A stretch of DNA of 64,000 nucleotides from an uncultured Candidatus Saccharibacteria bacterium. Its GTDB lineage: Bacteria; Patescibacteriota; Minisyncoccia; UBA6257; 2-01-FULL-56-20. The stretch is taken from positions 22,514 to 86,513 of the forward strand of contig CAYLWL010000002.1 of assembly GCA_964387675.1 (NCBI GenBank), written 5' to 3'. A program made the translations under genes and the position numbers. Numbering within the stretch: the first letter of the stretch is position 1; every line of letters begins with the position of its first letter. The notes under the pieces are model-generated. The model was not told where the DNA came from. It did no database searches and saw nothing but the letters and a program-made list of their open reading frames with translations. Positions 16,566 through 26,665 of this stretch are shown here, in pieces.

Positions 16566-17810
16566 GTGACGCATTTGAAATGGGAACAGGAATTAGCAGA
16601 GCTTCTGAAGGATCCGGACATGTTGTTGCGGTTGGCGAAGGATGTGTCGATAACGACAACCCAGGACTTCCGTTTCGTTTCGATGAGCGGCAACGGGCCG
16701 TTCATTTGGGATGCCAACGGAAAGCGATACTTCGATTTCCACTCCGCGGTGGGGTCTATGAATTTGGGCCACGCCGTACACAAAGTGGAAGAGGCCATTT
16801 TTAGGCAGGGATTTCTGCTCGACCAGTTTTCCGATCAGGACGTCCCGAACGCGGTGAGCACGCTCCTCAAACTGCGGCTGACGCAGATCACGCCGGGGCG
16901 GTTTCCCAAGAAGGTTTTCTTGTGCAACTCCGGAACGGAAGCGATCGAAGGAGCCATCAAGATGCTTTTGGCCGCGAGGCCCGAGCGCAGGTATTTCATT
17001 TCCTTTGTCGGGGCTTTTCACGGCAGAACGTTGGGATCTTTGGCGCTTCATGGATCAAAAGACATCAACCGCGAGCGCTTCCCGCAGAGCTTGGAGGTTA
17101 TTCGCTTGCCATTCCCCGAAGTCGGTAAATACGCTGACGAGAATGACTGGTGGCGAAAGTTCTTTATCTCCATGGGGGCCGGAAACATTCTTCGTCCCTG
17201 GGTCAACGGCGTTTTCATCGAGCTTGTTCAAGGCGAGGGTGGCATCAACGTTGCAGACCCGCGCATCGTGCAGTCGTTGTGCAGGTTTTTGAAAGGGCAC
17301 GGAATCAAACTGGTCGTTGATGAGATACAGACGGGATTCTACCGGACCGGAAAGCTTTTTGCGTGCGAGCACTACGGCATCGAGCCGGACATTATCTGTT
17401 TCGGCAAGGCCGCCGGAGGCAGTTTGCCTTTCGGAGCCGTTGTGGCGAATGCCGACCTCGATTTCGACAAGCCCGGCCGTTTGTCGAACACGTTCGGCGG
17501 CAGTCAGAAGGTCGCGGCCGCCGCGCTTACGGTGATTGAACTCATGCAGTCGTTGGACATGGACTTGCTCAAGAGAAACATAGAAATTCTCACCGACTTT
17601 GCGCCGGAGGGCCTCGGTCTTATGCGGCGGTGGAGGTTCGAATCGAAAGAACTGCGCGACGCGTTCGTCATGGAAGCCGAAAACAGAGGAGTGCATCTCT
17701 TGGGCGCCGGCAGGGCGAACGTGCGGTTCATGCCGCAGGTGAATATACCAACCGAGCTCTTGGAAGAAGCGCTCGCGATTCTCCGCTCGATAGATATCCC
17801 GCATCTCTAG
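16566..17810 (+). CDS. class III pyridoxal-phosphate-dependent aminotransferase (acetylornithine/GABA aminotransferase family)
   Basis: GTG start. LVVDEIQTGFYRTGKLFACEHYGIEPDIICFGKAAGG (PLP-lysine region) and N-terminal GSMNLGH. Confidence 0.8.
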   Translation: MTHLKWEQELAELLKDPDMLLRLAKDVSITTTQDFRFVSMSGNGPFIWDANGKRYFDFHSAVGSMNLGHAVHKVEEAIFRQGFLLDQFSDQDVPNAVSTLLKLRLTQITPGRFPKKVFLCNSGTEAIEGAIKMLLAARPERRYFISFVGAFHGRTLGSLALHGSKDINRERFPQSLEVIRLPFPEVGKYADENDWWRKFFISMGAGNILRPWVNGVFIELVQGEGGINVADPRIVQSLCRFLKGHGIKLVVDEIQTGFYRTGKLFACEHYGIEPDIICFGKAAGGSLPFGAVVANADLDFDKPGRLSNTFGGSQKVAAAALTVIELMQSLDMDLLKRNIEILTDFAPEGLGLMRRWRFESKELRDAFVMEAENRGVHLLGAGRANVRFMPQVNIPTELLEEALAILRSIDIPHL

Positions 17811-17861
17811 CATCTACGAAAAAAGATTTCCCCCGACCATGTGGTCGGGGGATCATTATTT

Positions 17862-18512
17862 TCACCACCTGAGCAAATCCATCCGGACAAGGGCTTTGTA
17901 GGCGCAAGCGACAGCGCTTTCTTCCACGAAAAGCCCGGAGTCCAGGACCTCTTTCCACTCGACAAGCGGAACCTTCAGGGTTCTCATAATCTTATTGGGC
18001 CTAGATTGTTTTCCTTCTTGCACTTCTTCGAGTCCCGAGGCAAGGAAGAGATGGGCTTTGAAACCATGATCGTCCGGACTCGCGCCACGATATTTGCCGG
18101 TTTCGATCAGTATGTGACCGAGGTACACCCAAATGCCGTGTCCGTAGCCGGTTTCGGCAAGATAGACCCTTCGGGTTTGCTCGGCGATCGCTCCGATTGT
18201 CGCATCGGGCGCGATCTTGCCGACGTCACCCGGAGGAAGCTCCCAGCTTGCTTGATTTACGCCGGGTTTCCACTGGCAAAGCGTCACGACGTCCATATCG
18301 ACCGTCAGTCCAAAGCACACCGCCCGCCCCGAGTTTCTCAAAATGGCCGTGTACGGTTCGACTCCGCCGTCGGTTTCGAGATGGTAGTCGAGCGTCCTGC
18401 CGAAGGAGGGGATTTCTGCCCCGATCTGCGGCTCGCCGACCACGGGCCATCCTCTGAAACAATCCTGGGAAGCCAACGCCTTGAATGCATCCACCGCCTT
18501 CATTTTTTCCAC
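17862..18512 (-). CDS. NUDIX-like hydrolase (low confidence)
   Basis: WELPPGDVGKIAPDATIGAIAEQTRRVYLAETGY approximates the Nudix box Gx5Ex7REVxEExG. Confidence 0.4.
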   Translation of the reverse strand: MEKMKAVDAFKALASQDCFRGWPVVGEPQIGAEIPSFGRTLDYHLETDGGVEPYTAILRNSGRAVCFGLTVDMDVVTLCQWKPGVNQASWELPPGDVGKIAPDATIGAIAEQTRRVYLAETGYGHGIWVYLGHILIETGKYRGASPDDHGFKAHLFLASGLEEVQEGKQSRPNKIMRTLKVPLVEWKEVLDSGLFVEESAVACAYKALVRMDLLRW

Positions 18513-18621
18513 TTTACACCCCTCTATATTACTTTTTGCGCTGCGTGTATTCTATGTGTTTGAAAATAATTTGTCAAACGTCGCGCGGAGATGGTATTAT
18601 GTTTGAGAAAATGCCCGGGAG

Positions 18622-18685
18622 TCCTGCCTGCCGGCAGGCAAGGCCTGTCTGCCGGCAGGCAGGCCTGCCTACCGGCAGACAGGGA
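18622..18685. repeat. GC-rich palindromic repeat (GCCTGCCGGCAGGCAGG units)
   Basis: cctgcctgccggcaggcaaggcctgtctgccggcaggcaggcctgcctaccggcagacaggg. Same family at 54726-54768. Confidence 0.75.
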
Positions 18686-18811
18686 AAACTCGATTTCGCT
18701 AGGGGCATTTCAATTAAAATTTCACCATTAGGTTGTTGCTTAAAAAGCAACAAAGTCAGTAAATCAAAATTATCATCGAGTCTCTACTACTTTCTATTAC
18801 CTATTACCGGG

Positions 18812-20038
18812 ATGCTCCAGTCCAAACTTTTCACCAAAGTACAGCGCACTCCGCCCAAAGACGAAGTGGCCTTGAACGCCCAACTTCTCGAGCGGGCCGG
18901 TTTCGTTTTTAAGAATTCCGCGGGAATTTATTCGTATCTGCCGCTCGGCTGGCGGGTTCTGCGGAAGATCGTCTCTATCATCAGGGAAGAGATGGATGTC
19001 ATCGGCGGGCAGGAACTTTTGATGCCGGCTTTGGTCGAGAAGAAGTATTGGGATGCCACGGGCCGTTGGGATGTAGAAGTGGGCTTCGAAGTGCGCGGTA
19101 AAAAAGAAGAAAAAGCCAATTTTGTGCTCGGATGGTCGCACGAAGACCTCTTGACCGCGATCATCGCCCGATACGTGAGTTCTTATAAAGACCTGCCATT
19201 CGCGGCATATCAGATACAAACAAAGTTCAGAAACGAACCGCGCGCGAAATCTGGCCTTCTCCGCGGCCGGGAATTTATGATGAAGGACTTATACAGCTTC
19301 CACACCTCCGAGGAGGACTTAATGGATTACTACAAAACGGTTGCCGAGGCGTATCACAGGATTTTCCGGAAATGCGGCTTGAAAGCGATTTACACGCTTG
19401 CGGCCGGCGGGGATTTTACAATCAGCAACACGCACGAATTCCAGGTTGTGGCCGATGTGGGCGAAGATACGATTTTTGTTTGTGAGAAATGCGAGTACGC
19501 CGAAAACAACGAAATATCAAAACTAAAAAATGTCAATACATGCCCTCAATGTGGCGGTGAAGTGAAAGAAGAAAAATCCATAGAAATCGGAAACATTTTT
19601 CCCTTGGGCACAAAGTATTCCAACGCGCTCAAGCTCCAATTTACGAACGAAGACGGCGCGAAAAAGCCGGTGGTGATGGGTTCATACGGCATAGGTCTTG
19701 ACCGCTTAATGGCCACCGTCGTCGAGATTCATCATGACAAAGACGGCATTGTCTGGCCGGAATCGGTTGCGCCGTTTCGGGTGCATTTGGTGGCCTTGAA
19801 CGGAGCCGATGGCCGCGACGTTTACGAGTCATTGCAAAAAGCATCGGTCGAAGTTCTGTACGACGACAGGGATATGTCTGCCGGAGAAAAATTCGCCGAG
19901 GCGGATCTTTTGGGAATCCCGTGGCGGGTGATAGTGAGTCCCAAACTCGGCGATAAGGTGGAGGTCAAGAGAAGAGACGAAAAAGAAGCCAAGATTATGA
20001 GCAAGGACGAATTGCTTAAAATCTTAAATGGAAGATAA
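18812..20038 (+). CDS. proS: proline--tRNA ligase (short form)
   Basis: LLERAGFVFKNSAGIYSYLPLGWRVLRKIVSIIREEMDVIGGQELLMPAL (class II motif region), FRNEPRAKSGLLRGREFMMKDLYSF (motif 2), C-terminal zinc CEKCEY...CPQCGG. Start at ATG 18812 chosen over the tracked 18485 start, which reads through the GC repeat. Confidence 0.75.
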   Translation: MLQSKLFTKVQRTPPKDEVALNAQLLERAGFVFKNSAGIYSYLPLGWRVLRKIVSIIREEMDVIGGQELLMPALVEKKYWDATGRWDVEVGFEVRGKKEEKANFVLGWSHEDLLTAIIARYVSSYKDLPFAAYQIQTKFRNEPRAKSGLLRGREFMMKDLYSFHTSEEDLMDYYKTVAEAYHRIFRKCGLKAIYTLAAGGDFTISNTHEFQVVADVGEDTIFVCEKCEYAENNEISKLKNVNTCPQCGGEVKEEKSIEIGNIFPLGTKYSNALKLQFTNEDGAKKPVVMGSYGIGLDRLMATVVEIHHDKDGIVWPESVAPFRVHLVALNGADGRDVYESLQKASVEVLYDDRDMSAGEKFAEADLLGIPWRVIVSPKLGDKVEVKRRDEKEAKIMSKDELLKILNGR

Positions 20039-20471
20039 TACCAAAACCAAAACCGGGAAGATAAAGGCGCTGATAGATCAGAACAATCTGGCCGTGTTGT
20101 CCACCGTAACTTCAGAAAACACATCAGAATCAGCCGTGGTGGAGATTTCAGCACGTGAGAATCTCGAACTGATATTCGACACACTGCCGACCTTCCGGAA
20201 GTATAATAACCTCAAGAGTAACCAGAATGTCTCGGTGGTGATCGGATGGGAACCCGCAACGATACAATACGAAGGAGTTGCGATGGAATTAGGCGGCAAG
20301 GAGCTTGAGGAATATAAGCAAGTACACTTCGCGAAGTTTCCCGAGGCGGTGAAATTTGAGAAACTGGGGATTAAATTTTTCAAAATAATCCCAAAGTGGA
20401 TACGTTACACAGATGTTTTTCGGCAGCCATGGGAAGTTTTTGAAATAAGCACCCCGCAACTTAACGAATAA
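20028..20471 (+). CDS. pyridoxamine 5'-phosphate oxidase-like FMN-binding split-barrel protein
   Basis: 147 aa; LIDQNNLAVLSTV...ELIFDT...VSVVIGWEP pattern typical of the PNPOx-like family. Confidence 0.55.
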   Translation: MEDNTKTKTGKIKALIDQNNLAVLSTVTSENTSESAVVEISARENLELIFDTLPTFRKYNNLKSNQNVSVVIGWEPATIQYEGVAMELGGKELEEYKQVHFAKFPEAVKFEKLGIKFFKIIPKWIRYTDVFRQPWEVFEISTPQLNE

Positions 20472-20492
20472 GTAGCATAAGTTTTTTTGTTA

Positions 20493-20528
20493 CCACATTC
20501 TCACATCCTTAAGAATGTGAGAATGTGG
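20493..20528. terminator. hairpin after PNPOx-like gene
   Basis: ccacattctcacat ccttaaga atgtgagaatgtgg (14-bp perfect stem). Confidence 0.5.
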
Positions 20529-20620
20529 TGCGTGCAAAAAGGGTTGGGTTGGGGCCGATGACCTTGTTCGGCCCCCTTGCCCAAAACCTCCTTATCTGGT
20601 AAGGTATTGGCATCAATCCT

Positions 20621-21664
20621 ATGCGTTTTTTAGCATCTATTTTTAAAGACATCGCCGTCGATCTTGGGACGGCGAACTCTCTTGTGTACCTGAAGGGCCG
20701 CGGGCTTGTGGTGAACGAGCCGACGGTTGCGGCGGTGAACAGCAAGACCAACAAAATTCTGGCGGTGGGAGAAGAAGCCAAGAAGATGCTCGGGCGAACC
20801 CCCGCGCACATCAATGTTATCCGTCCGCTCGTGAACGGCGTGATTTCCGATTTCGAAATGACGAGGGAATTCTTGCGCGAGCTTCTCGGCCGTTTGAGAA
20901 CGAATCCAGTCGTGAGTTACAAGAAAGCGATCCTTGCCATCCCGAGTAATTTGACGGAAGTCGAGAGAAAATCCGTGGAAGACGCCGCGCTTTCGGCGGG
21001 ATGTTCTCGGGTATATCTTGCGGAATCCATTATTGCCGCCGCCCTGGGGGCGGATCTTCCCATTACGGCGCCCGTTGGGAGCTTAATCGTCGATATCGGC
21101 GGCGGAACGACGGATATCGCCGTCATATCTCTCGGCGGCACGGTTGTTTCGAAAACGCTGAAGATCGCCGGAGACAGGTTTAACGAAGATATCATAAGAT
21201 TCGTGCGGGATGAATTCCGCCTGGCAATCGGAGAACCGACAGCGGAGTACGCGAAAATCGCCGTTGGTTCCGCCGTGCCGATCGACGAGAGGATGGAGGT
21301 TTCGATACGGGGAAGGGACTTTGCAACGGGTCTTCCCCGGGAAGTAACGATCAAAAGCAATCAGGTGCGGACCGCTCTCGGCAAATCTTTGCATTCAATC
21401 ACCGAATCATTGCGGGAAGCGATCGAAGAAACGCCGGCTGAACTGGTGGGTGATATGCTGAACGAAGGGATTTACGTGTGCGGCGGCGGCGCCCTTTTGC
21501 GAGGGCTTGATCAGATGATCAGCAAGGAGGTCGGCGTTTCGGTGAAAATCGTGGATGACCCTTTGACCTGCGCCGCGAGGGGTTTGGGCCGGATGATTGA
21601 CGGTTTTGAGTCCCAGAGGCATTTTCTCGATAATCCCCCGAAGCCCTTTTCGATCAATCTCTAA
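20621..21664 (+). CDS. mreB: rod shape-determining protein MreB
   Basis: DIAVDLGTANSLVY, actin-fold phosphate motifs (DIGGGTTDIAVIS, GIYVCGGGALLRGL). Confidence 0.9.
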   Translation: MRFLASIFKDIAVDLGTANSLVYLKGRGLVVNEPTVAAVNSKTNKILAVGEEAKKMLGRTPAHINVIRPLVNGVISDFEMTREFLRELLGRLRTNPVVSYKKAILAIPSNLTEVERKSVEDAALSAGCSRVYLAESIIAAALGADLPITAPVGSLIVDIGGGTTDIAVISLGGTVVSKTLKIAGDRFNEDIIRFVRDEFRLAIGEPTAEYAKIAVGSAVPIDERMEVSIRGRDFATGLPREVTIKSNQVRTALGKSLHSITESLREAIEETPAELVGDMLNEGIYVCGGGALLRGLDQMISKEVGVSVKIVDDPLTCAARGLGRMIDGFESQRHFLDNPPKPFSINL

Positions 21665-21672
21665 ACGCGGAT

Positions 21673-22332
21673 ATGAGAAAAGATGCCGCAGTTCCGGTCG
21701 TACTCATCGCCTTTTTATTATTTCTTATTCTTTTCAAACCGTTTTACGGCTGGTGGTTGAGGAATTTTTTCGCGCCGAACCCGGGAGAGGGGGTCAATCT
21801 CGACGCGCGTTTGGAGAACGAAGCATTGAAAGCGGAAATTGCGAAGCTTAATGTGCTCTCTCAAAATCCAACAAGGCGCCCAGGGTATGTATCGGCGATC
21901 GTTTACTCGCGCTATCCCTTTAATTTTAAAAACGAAATTCTGATCAACAAAGGAAAGAACGACGGCGTTCTCGTGGGTAGCCCCGTTTTCTTTGGCGCCG
22001 TTTTACTCGGCCGAATCGAAAAAGTGTTCAATGACGACGCGTTGGTCCAAACCGTTTTCGACGACAGGTTCCAGCTTTCGGCGGGAATCGGAAATTCGGG
22101 AGTGAAGGCGCTTTTCAAAGGGGGCTCCTTGCCAAAATTATCTTTGATTCCTCTTGCTCCGCCGATTGCGGAAGGAGACATCGTGTATTCTGTTTCGCCG
22201 GATTTTCCGTATGGCGCGCCGATTGGCGAGGTGCGTAACCCCGCGTTTTCATCGGATCGCCTTTTTCGAGAGGCCTCTCTGCGTTTTTCTTATGACCTCG
22301 GCGAAGTAAAAACTGTTTTGGTGAAAAAATGA
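21673..22332 (+). CDS. mreC: rod shape-determining protein MreC
   Basis: N-terminal TM, coiled-coil (LENEALKAEIAKLNVL), then a beta-rich domain. Follows mreB. Confidence 0.7.
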   Translation: MRKDAAVPVVLIAFLLFLILFKPFYGWWLRNFFAPNPGEGVNLDARLENEALKAEIAKLNVLSQNPTRRPGYVSAIVYSRYPFNFKNEILINKGKNDGVLVGSPVFFGAVLLGRIEKVFNDDALVQTVFDDRFQLSAGIGNSGVKALFKGGSLPKLSLIPLAPPIAEGDIVYSVSPDFPYGAPIGEVRNPAFSSDRLFREASLRFSYDLGEVKTVLVKK

Positions 22333-22766
22333 TGACCTCCAGATTGTTGATTGCCATTGCTATTTTGCTCACCGCGTTGTTTTTGCAGATTGCTTTCGGG
22401 GACGTCTTGAATATATGGACTGGTCTTGTTTTGGCCGCGTTGATCGCGGGAGTATTCTTTTTGAGTATTCCCGAACTCATATGCGTCATCTTGGCGGCCG
22501 TTTTGATTTTGAACTGGCAGCCGGCATGGAGTTCGGAGATTTTTGTTTTTTCCGTTATTCCGATAACGGCATATTTCGTAAAAACCATTATCCCTTTTCA
22601 GCCGTTCTTGAGCAATCTCTTATTGATTGGTGCCGCCGTCGTATTCTTCTACGCGCTCTTTGATCCCGGCGTGATTTTGCACCGGTTTGGTTTGTTGGCG
22701 TTAGATGCCGGGGCAAGCATGATATACGGCGGAGCGGCATTCTGGATCCTAAAAATGCAAAGTTGA
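22329..22766 (+). CDS. mreD: rod shape-determining protein MreD-like membrane protein
   Basis: 145-aa polytopic membrane protein. 4-nt overlap with mreC and sits before mrdA. Confidence 0.5.
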   Translation: MMTSRLLIAIAILLTALFLQIAFGDVLNIWTGLVLAALIAGVFFLSIPELICVILAAVLILNWQPAWSSEIFVFSVIPITAYFVKTIIPFQPFLSNLLLIGAAVVFFYALFDPGVILHRFGLLALDAGASMIYGGAAFWILKMQS

Positions 22767-22862
22767 AATATCAAAATAGGAAATGACAATGTAAAATGTT
22801 CCAATTGACCTTTTTAACCCGTTCATTTTTTAACTTTGCGCTGTCATTTTGAACTTTGATTT

Positions 22863-24773
22863 TTGCATTTTGAACTTTTGATTATGTTTTCCAAAAAAGG
22901 AGAAAAAGATGTCGCTTTTGAGGACTCTTTGGGCGATGATTGGTCGAGCGACCTCGACGTGGTGGAGGTGCCGATTGATAACCGTTCGCTGTGGTATCTC
23001 GGGATCGTTCTTTTTTCGGTGGGAGCGGTGTTTCTTGGGAGGGTGTTCTATCTCAACTTTCTCCTTAGCGATGCGTATCGGACGAGGTCTGAATTCAACG
23101 CTCACGCGTATGAATTGACGGTGGCGCCGCGAGGCCTGATTTCGGACAGGAGCGGCAGAACGCTGGCCGATAACGTCGGAAGCTTCTCCTTGTTTTTGAA
23201 TGCCAAGGAATTCTTGAAGGGCGGTGCATTGCAAGAGAAAACGCTCCAGGCGCTTGAGAATGTGCTGTATCTTCCGAGAAGCGAGGTTTTGGGTTTGATA
23301 CAGGCCGCGAGTGACGAAGATTTCGTGAGGCCGGTGGTGCTCTCCGAAGACTTGACCCAAGACCAGCTTGTCGGGCTTGAAGGATTGAATCTGGCATCTC
23401 TTGCCATCGAGAGTTCCTTTAAGAGGCGATACGCGAGCGGCCCCGTTTTCGCGCCGATTCTCGGGTACGTGGGAAGAACCAACTCGAAAGATTTGAAGAG
23501 CGCCGCCAATCTGAGTAGCCGTGACGTTGTCGGCCGTTCGGGAATCGAGGAGTTTTACGACAAGGAACTGCGAGGGGAATCCGGCACGATCGTCAAGCTG
23601 AAAAATGCCAAGGGCTCGACCCTGCTCCAAAGCAAGATGAACGAGCCGCGTATCGGAAAATCTTTGCGCCTCACGATAGACGGAGAGTTCCAGGAATATT
23701 TCTATGCGCGATTGAGGGACGCTTTGCGGTCTTTGGGAAGAAACGTCGGCGTGGGTATGGCTATGAATCCGCAAAACGGAGAAATTCTCGCCATGGTCAG
23801 CTTGCCGAGTTTTGATAACAACGTTTTAAGCGTTGCCGGCCACCGGAGCGAGAAAGAGCAGGTTCTGAATTCGGAGCACAAGCCGCTCTTTAACCGGTTC
23901 GTGAGCGGCCTGTATACCCCGGGTTCGACGATAAAACCGCTCGTGGGGGTCGCGGCCCTCCATGAAAAAGTAATAGACCCGAAGAAAGAAATCTTTTCTC
24001 CCGGATACCTTGACGTGCCGAATCCGTACGACCCGGAACATCCGACGCGCTTCCTCGACTGGCGTTACCAGGGGAATGTCGATATGTCTTCCGCGATCGC
24101 GCAGTCATCGAACGTTTACTTTTACACGGTCGGCGGCGGCGCCCTCGACGTGAAGGGCTTGGGAATTTCGAAGCTCGAAGAATGGTGGCAAAGATTCGGT
24201 TTGGGCAAGATCACGGGGATCGACTTGCCAAGGGAAGAAAGCGGGTTTCTGCCCTCTCCGGACTGGAAGGAGCGGAGAACAAAAAAACCGTGGCTTTTGG
24301 GCGATACCTATAACGTTTCCATCGGACAAGGCGATCTTTTATTGACCCCTATCCAGCTTTTGAACTATATAACTGCCTTCGCGAATGGCGGGAAAATGTA
24401 TCAGCCGGTTGTCAATCTCGACGCGGCGCATCCGAACGTACTCGCGGATTTGTCCTCGCTCAAGAAAGAAATCGACGAAGTGAGGAAGGGAATGCGGGAA
24501 GCGGTCACCTCCCCTATGGGTACGGCTTACAAACTGAACGACCTCGGTTTTACGATCGGAGCAAAGACAGGAAGCGCCCAGGTGAAAAACAACGCGCAAG
24601 AGAACGCTCTCTTTGTCGGTTTCGCGCCGTTCGATCCGTCGCCTCACGGGCGGCAGATAGCGATTCTGGTTCTCATCGAAAACTCTCTGGAGGGCAGTTT
24701 GAATGCCGTTCCGGTGGCGAAAGATGTTTTAAATTGGTATTATTGGAACAGGATAAGTAGTAATCGCGAATAA
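22863..24773 (+). CDS. mrdA: penicillin-binding protein 2 (peptidoglycan D,D-transpeptidase)
   Basis: N-terminal TM. STIKPLVGVAAL (SxxK), SSN (AQSSNVYF), KTGSAQV (KTG). Confidence 0.85.
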   Translation: MHFELLIMFSKKGEKDVAFEDSLGDDWSSDLDVVEVPIDNRSLWYLGIVLFSVGAVFLGRVFYLNFLLSDAYRTRSEFNAHAYELTVAPRGLISDRSGRTLADNVGSFSLFLNAKEFLKGGALQEKTLQALENVLYLPRSEVLGLIQAASDEDFVRPVVLSEDLTQDQLVGLEGLNLASLAIESSFKRRYASGPVFAPILGYVGRTNSKDLKSAANLSSRDVVGRSGIEEFYDKELRGESGTIVKLKNAKGSTLLQSKMNEPRIGKSLRLTIDGEFQEYFYARLRDALRSLGRNVGVGMAMNPQNGEILAMVSLPSFDNNVLSVAGHRSEKEQVLNSEHKPLFNRFVSGLYTPGSTIKPLVGVAALHEKVIDPKKEIFSPGYLDVPNPYDPEHPTRFLDWRYQGNVDMSSAIAQSSNVYFYTVGGGALDVKGLGISKLEEWWQRFGLGKITGIDLPREESGFLPSPDWKERRTKKPWLLGDTYNVSIGQGDLLLTPIQLLNYITAFANGGKMYQPVVNLDAAHPNVLADLSSLKKEIDEVRKGMREAVTSPMGTAYKLNDLGFTIGAKTGSAQVKNNAQENALFVGFAPFDPSPHGRQIAILVLIENSLEGSLNAVPVAKDVLNWYYWNRISSNRE

Positions 24774-24775
24774 CG

Positions 24776-24862
24776 CGAATGAACTAACCGCTAATAACGC
24801 GAATATACAAAATTTAAATAACGCCAATCATTCGCGTTATTAATTTAAAGATTCGAGTTATT
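24776..24862. terminator. AT-rich inverted-repeat hairpin after mrdA
   Basis: taacgcgaatga...ataacgcgaatat...attcgcgttattaat...gttattcgcgaa (complementary arms). Confidence 0.5.
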
Positions 24863-24875
24863 CGCGAACACTCCC

Positions 24876-25862
24876 ATGTCTGAACTTCGTCAAGACCCGG
24901 TTTCCGGCGATTGGATTATCGTCGCGCCGGATAGAATAAAAAGGCCGCATGAACTTTTTAAGAAGAGGACTCCGCGTCGGCCGTCGTCGATACGAACGTG
25001 CCCTTTTGAAGACGCGCGCATCAGGAAGTCGAGCCAGTGGCCGCCGATGGTAAGCTCTCCGAGCGAGGAAAACTGGCGTGTTATCATTACGCAGAATAAA
25101 TATCCGGCGCTCACTCATATCGCGGGTTGCGCGTCTCTCGGAAGACTTGGCCCCCACAACTCGATGACCGGCACGGGAGAGCATGACTTGGTGATCACTC
25201 GTGATCATAAGAAAAATTTTGCCGATTTGTCTCCGGCCGGAGCGCTCGAGGTTCTTAAAATCATTCAAGAACGGTACAAAATGTTGGCGCGCGACAGGTG
25301 CAACCTCTATGCCTCGACTTTTTTCAACTGGGGAGTTGCGGCGGGGGCATCGGTGTATCATCCTCATTATCAGATTCTGACATTGCCGATCGTGCCGCCC
25401 GACGTTTCACACTCTTTGAATGGTTCAAGGCGTTATTTCCAAAAACACAAGAGATGCGTCCATTGCGTTCTGCTCGCGTTCGACCTCAAAGAGAAAAAGA
25501 GAATTGTCGATGAGGACGCATTGGCTGTTTCCGTTGCGCCTCGTGTTTCGAGAGTACCGTTCGAGATGAGGGTTTTTCCGAAAAAGCATTTGCCCTATTT
25601 CGAGCGGACGTCCGATCGCGATTTGAAAGACGTGGCCGCGGTTTTGCAAAAAACGTTGCGGCGCATCAAGAGGTACCTCAAAGACCCCGATTTGAACTTT
25701 TTCATCCACACCGCCCCCTTCGAAAGCCGCTATGATTATTATCATTGGCACATAGAGATTACTCCCAAGATTTCCATTTGGGGCGGATTTGAGCTCGGTA
25801 CGGGTATCGATATCAACGTAGTGGATCCCGCGACGGCCGCCGCGATGCTCAAAGGAAAGTAA
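24876..25862 (+). CDS. galT: galactose-1-phosphate uridylyltransferase-like (HIT superfamily, GalT family)
   Basis: CPFEDARI (zinc Cys), QNKYPAL, HPHYQI (active-site His-Pro-His), second half-barrel FPKKHLPYFE. Confidence 0.65.
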   Translation: MSELRQDPVSGDWIIVAPDRIKRPHELFKKRTPRRPSSIRTCPFEDARIRKSSQWPPMVSSPSEENWRVIITQNKYPALTHIAGCASLGRLGPHNSMTGTGEHDLVITRDHKKNFADLSPAGALEVLKIIQERYKMLARDRCNLYASTFFNWGVAAGASVYHPHYQILTLPIVPPDVSHSLNGSRRYFQKHKRCVHCVLLAFDLKEKKRIVDEDALAVSVAPRVSRVPFEMRVFPKKHLPYFERTSDRDLKDVAAVLQKTLRRIKRYLKDPDLNFFIHTAPFESRYDYYHWHIEITPKISIWGGFELGTGIDINVVDPATAAAMLKGK

Positions 25863-25874
25863 TCATCAAGAAGT

Positions 25875-26228
25875 ATGAACATGTTGAGCAAGGACGGCAT
25901 TTTGAAATTCAGGATCGTTTACTCAATGTTTCTTTTTGATTTCGCTTTGGTTCTCGGCGGTGTGCTGTGGGCTTATTTCTCTCTACGAAACGCGAGCGGG
26001 CCGGTGGTCATCCACTTTAACGACATTGCCGGCATCAACCGTATCGGAAGTTTCTGGGACGTGGTTGGAATCGGCGTAACGGGCCTTGCCATAGTCGTTC
26101 TTAACTTATTTATAGCTCTCGAGTTCGAAAAAAGAGACCGATTTTGGGGGAAGCTGGCGGCCGCTTTCACGGTCGTTGTGAGCATCTTGATTTTTATAGC
26201 GTTAGCGGCTATCATATCTGTAAACTAA
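25875..26228 (+). CDS. hypothetical small membrane protein
   Basis: 117 aa with 3 predicted TM helices. Confidence 0.4.
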   Translation: MNMLSKDGILKFRIVYSMFLFDFALVLGGVLWAYFSLRNASGPVVIHFNDIAGINRIGSFWDVVGIGVTGLAIVVLNLFIALEFEKRDRFWGKLAAAFTVVVSILIFIALAAIISVN

Positions 26229-26309
26229 GAAAGTAGAAATGAGATATGAGAAATGAGGAACGCGTGCCCCTAGCCCCTAATCTCTCATTTCTAATTTCTC
26301 GTCTCTAAA
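26226..26309. repeat. ATGAGA-family ORF-less hairpin element
   Basis: aagaaagtagaaatgagatatgagaaatgaggaacg cgtgcccctagcccc taatctctcatttctaatttctcgtctctaaac. Confidence 0.75.
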
Positions 26310-26312
26310 CCA

Positions 26313-26618
26313 ATGTTTGCCATCATCGAGACCGGAGGGAAACAATATAAAGTTTCTCCCGGCAGTAAAATTAAGGTTGAGAAATTAGCGGCCGACGCGG
26401 GTGCGAGTTTTTCGTTCGACAAGGTGCTTTTGGTGGCTGATGGGGATGCCGTGAAAATCGGCGCGCCGTACGTGAGCGGCGCGAAAGTAGAAGCCAAAGT
26501 TTTGCGCCAGGCCCGCGACAGAAAAAAAATCGTTTTCAAGTATCATTCCAAAACCCGTTATCGCAAGATGAAGGGGCATCGGCAGCCGTTCACGGAACTC
26601 GAGGTGCTTCGGTTTTAA
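26313..26618 (+). CDS. rplU: 50S ribosomal protein L21
   Basis: MFAIIETGGKQYKVSPGSKIKVEKL...RKMKGHRQPFTELEV. Start codon lies 4 nt after the hairpin. Confidence 0.9.
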   Translation: MFAIIETGGKQYKVSPGSKIKVEKLAADAGASFSFDKVLLVADGDAVKIGAPYVSGAKVEAKVLRQARDRKKIVFKYHSKTRYRKMKGHRQPFTELEVLRF

Positions 26619-26636
26619 CTAATGGAAACAATAAGA

Positions 26637-26665
26637 GGGCGCCACGGTGGCGCCCCATTTTTATT
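26637..26665 (+). terminator. rho-independent terminator after rplU
   Basis: gggcgccacggtggcgcccc followed by atttttatt. Confidence 0.75.

Noticed and set aside
17055-17813. 252-aa minus-strand ORF
   Set aside because: Antisense to the class III aminotransferase gene.
18485-18811. N-terminal extension of the proS ORF as tracked (start at 18485)
   Set aside because: Reads through the GC palindromic repeat and a promoter-like TTGTCA-N18-TATTAT; conserved ProRS sequence begins at ATG 18812.
22830-23774. 314-aa minus-strand ORF
   Set aside because: Antisense to mrdA (PBP2), which has SxxK/SxN/KTG.
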